Shown: in pieces, positions 58,366-64,000 of the stretch
Layout: every line of letters begins with the position of its first letter
Numbering within the stretch: the stretch's first letter is position 1
DNA from: Acidobacteriota bacterium
GTDB taxonomy: Bacteria; Acidobacteriota; UBA6911; RPQK01; JAJDTT01
Direction of reading: 5' to 3'
Length of the DNA: 64,000 nt
Assembly (NCBI GenBank): GCA_965217775.1
Contig: CBDCJH010000002.1
Location: 3,296,001-3,360,000, forward strand
Notes under the pieces: generated by a model
The model's input: only the letters and a program-made list of their open reading frames with translations
Told to the model about the DNA's origin: nothing
Databases searched by the model: none
Position numbers and translations under genes: made by a program

Positions 58366-60696
58366 GTGCGACTCTGGACCTGTTTCGTTATTGCCCTGAT
58401 GGGAGTGAGTCATCCGGCCGTCGCGGCGGTCTCGCTGGAGCGAGCGCCGCAGCGCGACGAGGAAACCTTGCTGTACCTACCTTTGGACGAGCCGGACGAA
58501 GCGATCCTCATCGGCGACCGGCTCGCCATCGATCCCGTGTACCTGAGGATGGAGGCCAAGTACAAACGGGGCCGTTTCGGCGGGGCTCTGAAGTTCACGG
58601 GCCGGCCGGGGCTGCGCCAGTGCATGCTGGTATCGCTGCCCCAACGGTTCCACAGTGAGCGCCACGGCAGCCGTAAGCCCACGGTCATCGCCCGGATGGG
58701 CGACCGGGCTCAGGTGGTGGTCGACGTGCCCGAAGTGCTCACGGACATGGAACGAAGTTTCACCATCGAGTTTTGGGTGTTCCCGCAAGTGCTTCAGAAT
58801 CAGACCATCGTTTCAGGGGTGAACACCGCCACCTGGGTTCCGGAGGCCTCCTGGCAGGTGGACCTGGCCGCCGACGGGAGGCTGCGCTATGCCTGCGGCT
58901 CGGGACTGCATCGCTTCGAGATGTTCAGCGACCGCCCGGTCCACATCGGCCAGTGGACGCACGTCGCGGTGGTCTGCGACACGGGCGTCTTCAGGATCTA
59001 TCTCAACGGAAGCCCGGAGAGTGGCATGCAACGGATGAAGACGGCCAGAACCCAGGGCGTCACGCAACCGGGCAGTGACGGGACGATCCTCTGCGTGGGC
59101 GGACCGGGTCCCGATGCCCTGGCCGGTTTCTTCGACGGTCTGGTCGACGAGCTGCGTTTCTCCACGGTTCCCCGGTCCTTCGATCCGGATCCGGCCGTTC
59201 TGATCCGAAACCGAAAGGAACTCTTCCTGGACGACGATCTGATCGCGGGCATGAGGGGCGTCCGTCGAGTCGTCAACCAGCCGGAACGATACGAGGGCAA
59301 TCCGCTGCTGGAGCCGAGAGGGGAATGGGAGGGGCGTTCCCTTCAGGAGCTGGGGCTCATCTACGACCATCGGCTGGGGCTGTTTCGCACCTGGTATCGC
59401 GCCATGGACAGCGCGGATACCGAGGCCAGCATGTGCTATGCCTTCAGCCGCGACGGCCTGCACTGGGAACAGCCGGAACTGGGTCTGGAAGAATATGGCG
59501 GCTCCACCCGTAACAACATCGTGGCTCGGAAGCGGTTTTTCTTCGTGTTCCTCGACCCGCTGGCCCGTCCTGGCGAGGGCAGAATCTGCGCCACGCACAA
59601 ATTGAAATACGGGGGGAACCGAGGTCCCTTCAAACAGATACTGATGCGCTCCCCCGACGGTTTGCAGTGGCCCAGTGACGAGGTGACCAACATGAGCGGC
59701 TACTACAGTTGGGGCGCCAGGCGCTACCGCCGGATGGAAACGATCATGGGGGTGGACAGACCGATTCCCTACGCTCCCGTCTATTTCGGCAAGATCGACA
59801 AGTTGACCATCATTGAAAAGGAGGGGGAGGGGCTGAAGTCCCTGCAGTTCGCGCGCATCGGCTGGGATCTGACCCATTGGCAGAACCCGTATCTGACCGA
59901 CTTGGCGCAGACCGAAAAGAACAATCGAGGCTGGTACGGGATCAAGACCCGCGATGAGGAGAGCGTCCTGGTGGGAATTGCCGACGCCTACCATGCCGAG
60001 GACTTGGGCCCCGAGGGCAGGAAACGCTGGCGAACCATGGGACCCGACTGCTACAAGCGGGAGGAGAGCCGATGGGTGGATTTTCAACTGATCAGCTCGC
60101 GTGACGGCTACCACTGGCGGCACGTTGCCGATCAGGCCACCTTTATGCCGGTGGGAACCGAGGGAACCTGGGACGAAGGGTCGCTCTACTACGCGCAGGT
60201 GGTGGAACCGCCCGGCTCCGACAAGCTCTACATCTATTACGAGGGCTACAAGGTCCGCCACGACTTCTCCGATCAGGGTGGCCAGGAATGGTTCGCGGAG
60301 CACAGGCATCCCGTCTGCAATCTCGGCGTCGCCTTCCTGCGCAAAGACGGCTACGTCAGTCTGGAAGCCGACGGTTCCGGAACCGTGGGGATCGTCGAAA
60401 CCAAGCCGATCCGATTTTCCGGCCGGCACCTGTTCGTGAACGCGGATGCCTCGGGAGGCGCAATCCAGGTGGAGCTGTGTAATGCGGCGGGCGAGCCCCT
60501 GCGCGGCTTCAGCCGCGAAGAGGTCACGCCGCTGACCACGGACGATCTGCGGCATCGGGTCGAATGGGGCGCAACCGCGGACCTGTCGGGCCTGGCCGGC
60601 AAGGCGGTGGTGTTGAGGTTCCACCTGGAGGGGAATGCCCGCCTCTACTCCTATCGTTTCGGAGATCCCGACCCCCATTCTCGCGGGTCCGACTGA
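58366..60696 (+). CDS. LamG plus beta-propeller protein, paralogue of 36789-39098
   Basis: Collinear; shared GRFGGALKF.GRPGLRQC, ARIGWDLTHWQ; AGGAGG RBS. Confidence 0.75.
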   Translation: MRLWTCFVIALMGVSHPAVAAVSLERAPQRDEETLLYLPLDEPDEAILIGDRLAIDPVYLRMEAKYKRGRFGGALKFTGRPGLRQCMLVSLPQRFHSERHGSRKPTVIARMGDRAQVVVDVPEVLTDMERSFTIEFWVFPQVLQNQTIVSGVNTATWVPEASWQVDLAADGRLRYACGSGLHRFEMFSDRPVHIGQWTHVAVVCDTGVFRIYLNGSPESGMQRMKTARTQGVTQPGSDGTILCVGGPGPDALAGFFDGLVDELRFSTVPRSFDPDPAVLIRNRKELFLDDDLIAGMRGVRRVVNQPERYEGNPLLEPRGEWEGRSLQELGLIYDHRLGLFRTWYRAMDSADTEASMCYAFSRDGLHWEQPELGLEEYGGSTRNNIVARKRFFFVFLDPLARPGEGRICATHKLKYGGNRGPFKQILMRSPDGLQWPSDEVTNMSGYYSWGARRYRRMETIMGVDRPIPYAPVYFGKIDKLTIIEKEGEGLKSLQFARIGWDLTHWQNPYLTDLAQTEKNNRGWYGIKTRDEESVLVGIADAYHAEDLGPEGRKRWRTMGPDCYKREESRWVDFQLISSRDGYHWRHVADQATFMPVGTEGTWDEGSLYYAQVVEPPGSDKLYIYYEGYKVRHDFSDQGGQEWFAEHRHPVCNLGVAFLRKDGYVSLEADGSGTVGIVETKPIRFSGRHLFVNADASGGAIQVELCNAAGEPLRGFSREEVTPLTTDDLRHRVEWGATADLSGLAGKAVVLRFHLEGNARLYSYRFGDPDPHSRGSD

Positions 60697-60770
60697 GAGG
60701 GGGGAGGGGCCTGAGTCGCGCCAGACGGGAGGCCAGGAGGCGGGCCACCGCCCACAATGGGGGATCGGCG

Positions 60771-62402
60771 CTACTCCTCCAGGAATCGGAAGGCGAAAAG
60801 ACGGGAGTTCTTCAGGTAGAACTTGAGCTTGATGACTTGACCCTCCAATCCGCTCAGTTCGCTACGGCCGTTCCAAGCGGCGATCCCGGTTCGCGTCAGG
60901 GGATCCGAGTCCTGAAACGTGTGTCCCCGGACCCGGAAGTAATCTCCAGCCAGGATCTCCACCCGGACCTCCCCGGAGCCGGTCTTCGGCCCCTTCGCCA
61001 GGTTGACCTCGAGACGCTTGCCGGAGAAGGAAAAGGCCCGCGTGATCACCTGCGCGTAGCCCTCGGCGCCATCCGTCCGGGCGGCGTCTTCGATCGAGCC
61101 CAACGCCTTGGCGTTGAAGCCGGCTCCCGCTTCGGTCGCTCCCGGCTCCAGGGAGACGAAACCGTCCATCGGAATCGTGGCCACTCCCATGGCGCCCATG
61201 GGTCCGGGGCCGCCGACCTCGCGAAAGAGACGATCCCGGAAGTTGGTGCCGTGGTAGAAGATGAAGAAACGATCCCCATGGAGAATGGGTTGCTGGGCGT
61301 AGATGGTCACGGAATCCCAGGCCGGCTCCTCTCCCAGCCGAATGAAGGGCTCCCGGTAGCGCCTGTCCCAGTGAATCCCGTCACGGCTGAAGACGAACTG
61401 GGGCCATATGTAGAGCGGGTCCTCGGGAGTCCTCCGGCCGGGACGATAGTTCCAGAGCATCCCCAGGTAGAGGCCTTCATGGGTGGTGGCCCACATGCTG
61501 TAGAAATGCAGCCCTGCCGGGTCCCGGTCGTCGGGGACGATAATGGTCTGGGGATCGGACCAGTGAATCAGGTCCCGGCTTTCGGCTCTCCCGATCAGCC
61601 GCATCCGCAGCCCGCAGCGCTTATGCTGGCAGTTCTCCATGTGCATGGCATAGACCTGACGGATCGGATCCCAACCGACGGTGGCCGTCGGTCCCCACAG
61701 ATAGCTCTGGTACCCTCTCCGCCTGGCCCAGGGTTCGCCTTCGGGATTAACCTTGGCAGGTCCCGAGGGACGAATTACGGGGTTGCCCGGGTGGGGCACC
61801 CAGTTGAAGGCGTCGGCCGAGTAGTAGAGGTTCCAAACCCGGGTCCTCTTGACCTCCAACTGTCCGGGGACGGTCCCTTCGGCTGCCACCTGGGCCAGCG
61901 CCTTGTAGCGGCGTGAGGGGTCCTGCTCGCGGGGATCGACGAAGATGCCGCCTTTGATGGAAGGCCAGTTCGCGGGCGCCAGGATGTTGTTGTCCCGGGA
62001 ACCCCGGAACTCCACGAAACCCAGCGAGGGCTTTTCCCACCGGTAACCGTCCCGGGATTCGGCGTACAGGAATTTCCGGTCCTTGCCGTTGGGTTTTCCA
62101 TCTTCGTCGGCGTACAGGACACTCGAGGTGTACCACATGCGAAACCGTTGGCGGGCGTCATCGTAGAAAACGGTCCCGTAGTGCAGAGACTGCCCCTCCC
62201 AGGGACGGTCCTGGCGGATGACCGGGTTTCCTTCATGCTTCCGGGCGGTATGGAATACGCGACGGGCGCCCACCAGAGCCTCGACCAGGTATTCGTCCAG
62301 AAACATCTGCTTCTGGGAACCGATGTGGATGAGCCCGGGAGGACCGGCCTGCACCGCACCGCCCAGCCAGACGTAGAGCGCCAATAAGAATCGACCCTGC
62401 AT
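60771..62402 (-). CDS. Secreted beta-propeller glycosidase-like protein (divergent family P)
   Basis: IGSQKQMFLDEYL, FRMWY, YAESRDGYRWEKP, DGFVSL, LKFYLKNSRLFAF. Confidence 0.7.
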   Translation of the reverse strand: MQGRFLLALYVWLGGAVQAGPPGLIHIGSQKQMFLDEYLVEALVGARRVFHTARKHEGNPVIRQDRPWEGQSLHYGTVFYDDARQRFRMWYTSSVLYADEDGKPNGKDRKFLYAESRDGYRWEKPSLGFVEFRGSRDNNILAPANWPSIKGGIFVDPREQDPSRRYKALAQVAAEGTVPGQLEVKRTRVWNLYYSADAFNWVPHPGNPVIRPSGPAKVNPEGEPWARRRGYQSYLWGPTATVGWDPIRQVYAMHMENCQHKRCGLRMRLIGRAESRDLIHWSDPQTIIVPDDRDPAGLHFYSMWATTHEGLYLGMLWNYRPGRRTPEDPLYIWPQFVFSRDGIHWDRRYREPFIRLGEEPAWDSVTIYAQQPILHGDRFFIFYHGTNFRDRLFREVGGPGPMGAMGVATIPMDGFVSLEPGATEAGAGFNAKALGSIEDAARTDGAEGYAQVITRAFSFSGKRLEVNLAKGPKTGSGEVRVEILAGDYFRVRGHTFQDSDPLTRTGIAAWNGRSELSGLEGQVIKLKFYLKNSRLFAFRFLEE

Positions 62403-62511
62403 TGTTGGCTCCTTTCGAGTCTGGTTGCAGTGTCCGGATGCGGACTTCAGGAGGTTGGTGTTCCCACCCGTAATGGTAGGATAGCAGGAACCAGAGCCTC
62501 TGACACCCGGG

Positions 62512-62688
62512 ATGAAGGACCCTCTACTGCCGCTCTCGCCTTGACGCCGAACGCGTCAGGACTGGGGTATGGACAGCCCCGGCAAGACGGACGAGCCCAT
62601 CGTCATAGCCGATAACCGGACCATTGACCCGGCTTACGTCCGTATGGAGGCCAAGTACAAGCAGGGGAGATTCGGCGGAGCGCTGAAA
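62512..62688 (+). pseudogene. 5' stub of a third LamG-propeller gene
   Basis: QPRQD, then frameshifted DEPIVIADNRTIDPAYVRMEAKYKQGRFGGALK matching the N-termini of 36789 and 58366. Confidence 0.75.
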
Positions 62689-62721
62689 CACGTTGTTCGT
62701 CCGGGTAGGAGAGGAGGCATT

Positions 62722-63552
62722 ATGAAGCCCGCAAGTGTGGTTCTGATCGCGGTTCTGGTCGTCCTTCCTGCGCCGGCGTGGGGCGAGGGCGGCGATATGA
62801 GGATCGAAGACCTGCTCGAGAAACATCTGGGCTTTCTCACCGATGGCAAGGCCCCGTCGTCCGTCAACAATCGGCTGTTGTTGGGAACCTGTTCCTTCCG
62901 GGTGTTGATCGGCCGAAGTGCAAGCCTCTCGGGACCGGTCAACTTCCTCTCCCAAGGGAACAAGGTCAGACTGCTGGTCCGATTCAATGATTCCGGCTAC
63001 CGCGGCGAGAACATCATCCATGACGGCAAGAGTGTCCGTGTCGACCAGATCAGTCCCGGTGCCCGATCCCAGCTCGGCGATTTCTTCTATCGCTTCGAGG
63101 AGGTGGTCCGGGAAGGACTGGTTGGAGGGGTGCTCTCCACCGCTTGGCCTCTACTCGACCTCAAGCGGCGCCAGGCGAAGCTGGAGTACGAAGGACTCAA
63201 GAAGATCGAGGGCCAGGAGCTGCATGGGGTAACGTACCACGCGAAACGGCCGGGGGAGGCTCGGGTCCATCTCTATTTCGACCCCGAGTCGTACGGTCAC
63301 ATGTTGACGATCTACCGGGTGATGGTGTCGCGGTCCGGGAGCGTGGCCATCCGCACCACGCGAGACCGGTTCACTTTGGAGGAGCGGTTCGGGGACTTCC
63401 GCGCTCTGGATGGGTGGGCTCTGCCCAGCCAATGGAGCCTGAAGCTCACCCTTCAAACCGATCGCGGCAACTCGGTTTCGGAGTGGAGCATGGCGATTGA
63501 CAATGCCTCCCACAACCAACAGATGAACCCCCAGTATTTCAAGCTGAAATGA
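62722..63552 (+). CDS. Exported hypothetical protein, beta-rich (possibly LolA-like fold)
   Basis: GGAGG RBS, signal peptide; LYFDPESY, FGDFRALDGWALPSQW, C-terminal NPQYF. Confidence 0.65.
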   Translation: MKPASVVLIAVLVVLPAPAWGEGGDMRIEDLLEKHLGFLTDGKAPSSVNNRLLLGTCSFRVLIGRSASLSGPVNFLSQGNKVRLLVRFNDSGYRGENIIHDGKSVRVDQISPGARSQLGDFFYRFEEVVREGLVGGVLSTAWPLLDLKRRQAKLEYEGLKKIEGQELHGVTYHAKRPGEARVHLYFDPESYGHMLTIYRVMVSRSGSVAIRTTRDRFTLEERFGDFRALDGWALPSQWSLKLTLQTDRGNSVSEWSMAIDNASHNQQMNPQYFKLK

Positions 63553-63667
63553 GGGATGCCGGCCGGCCGGGAGGTTCGAGCCGCCGGCCGCAGCGGGACC
63601 TGACGGCCCTCGACAGCCGAAGGTATCCCGTCCTGAAATCCGGTCTACGGCCGGGATGCAGCAAGAC

Positions 63668-63713
63668 AGAAAGGGGTGGCGCCGAACCAGGTCGTTCAGC
63701 GCCACCCCTTTCT
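63668..63713. terminator. Hairpin between convergent genes, likely terminator
   Basis: agaaaggggtggcgc ... gcgccacccctttct, a perfect 15-bp stem. Confidence 0.65.
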
Positions 63714-63743
63714 AATCGTCTCCCTCTGTTGAGGCCAGGAGAT

Positions 63744-64000
63744 CTAGAAATCGATTCGCAAGGCGAACTGGATCTGACGGGCCATCCCTGCGGTCGTGAC
63801 GACGCCGAAGCTTCCGGACGAAACGTTGCCACGGGGCGGGCCGAAATTCACGTTGTTGAAGACGTTGAAGAATTCCGTGCGAAACTCGACGAAGCGCGTT
63901 TCTCCCAAGGCGAAGCGCTTCATCAATCCGATGTCGAAATTGATGATGCCGTCGGTGCGAATGGGAAACGCGACCGAGTTGCCATAGGTGGTCGGGTTGA
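63744..64000 (-). CDS. TonB-dependent receptor C-terminus (5' part outside window)
   Basis: EFRTEFFNVFNNVNFGPP...ARQIQFALRIDF. Confidence 0.88.
   Translation of the reverse strand, partial: NPTTYGNSVAFPIRTDGIINFDIGLMKRFALGETRFVEFRTEFFNVFNNVNFGPPRGNVSSGSFGVVTTAGMARQIQFALRIDF

Noticed and set aside
62569-62721. Extended start for the 62722 gene
   Set aside because: The extension is the LamG stub; a GGAGG RBS and signal peptide support ATG 62722

Overview
GC-rich bacterial accessory region, probably from an Acidobacteriota genome (inferred from Oar-type TonB receptors, a GWxTD protein and CRTAC1/ASPIC-UnbV genes). It is a glycan-degradation island with seven full-length sulfatases, one more cut by the left edge and sulfatase remnants. 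It also carries eight related beta-propeller glycosidase-like genes (two with an N-terminal LamG domain), two Tat-exported propellers, sialidase-, GH109- and GH127-like genes, and an MFS transporter, all around a divergent GntR/TonB-receptor core with no SusD. The island is heavily rearranged. 29.07-35.33 kb is a collinear, deletion-collapsed second copy of pieces of 0.4-28.8 kb, with reciprocal gene loss. Two families of ~160-bp MITE-like elements, an RT-less group II intron remnant with a nested MITE, five same-strand copies of a short GACTGTCCCCTTTTC motif and many fused gene stubs (mcrC, vapC, PhyH, hydantoinase B, FG-GAP) are present. I saw no rRNA, tRNA, CRISPR array, transposase or reverse transcriptase. 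All family calls come from motif recognition by eye, not database searches.
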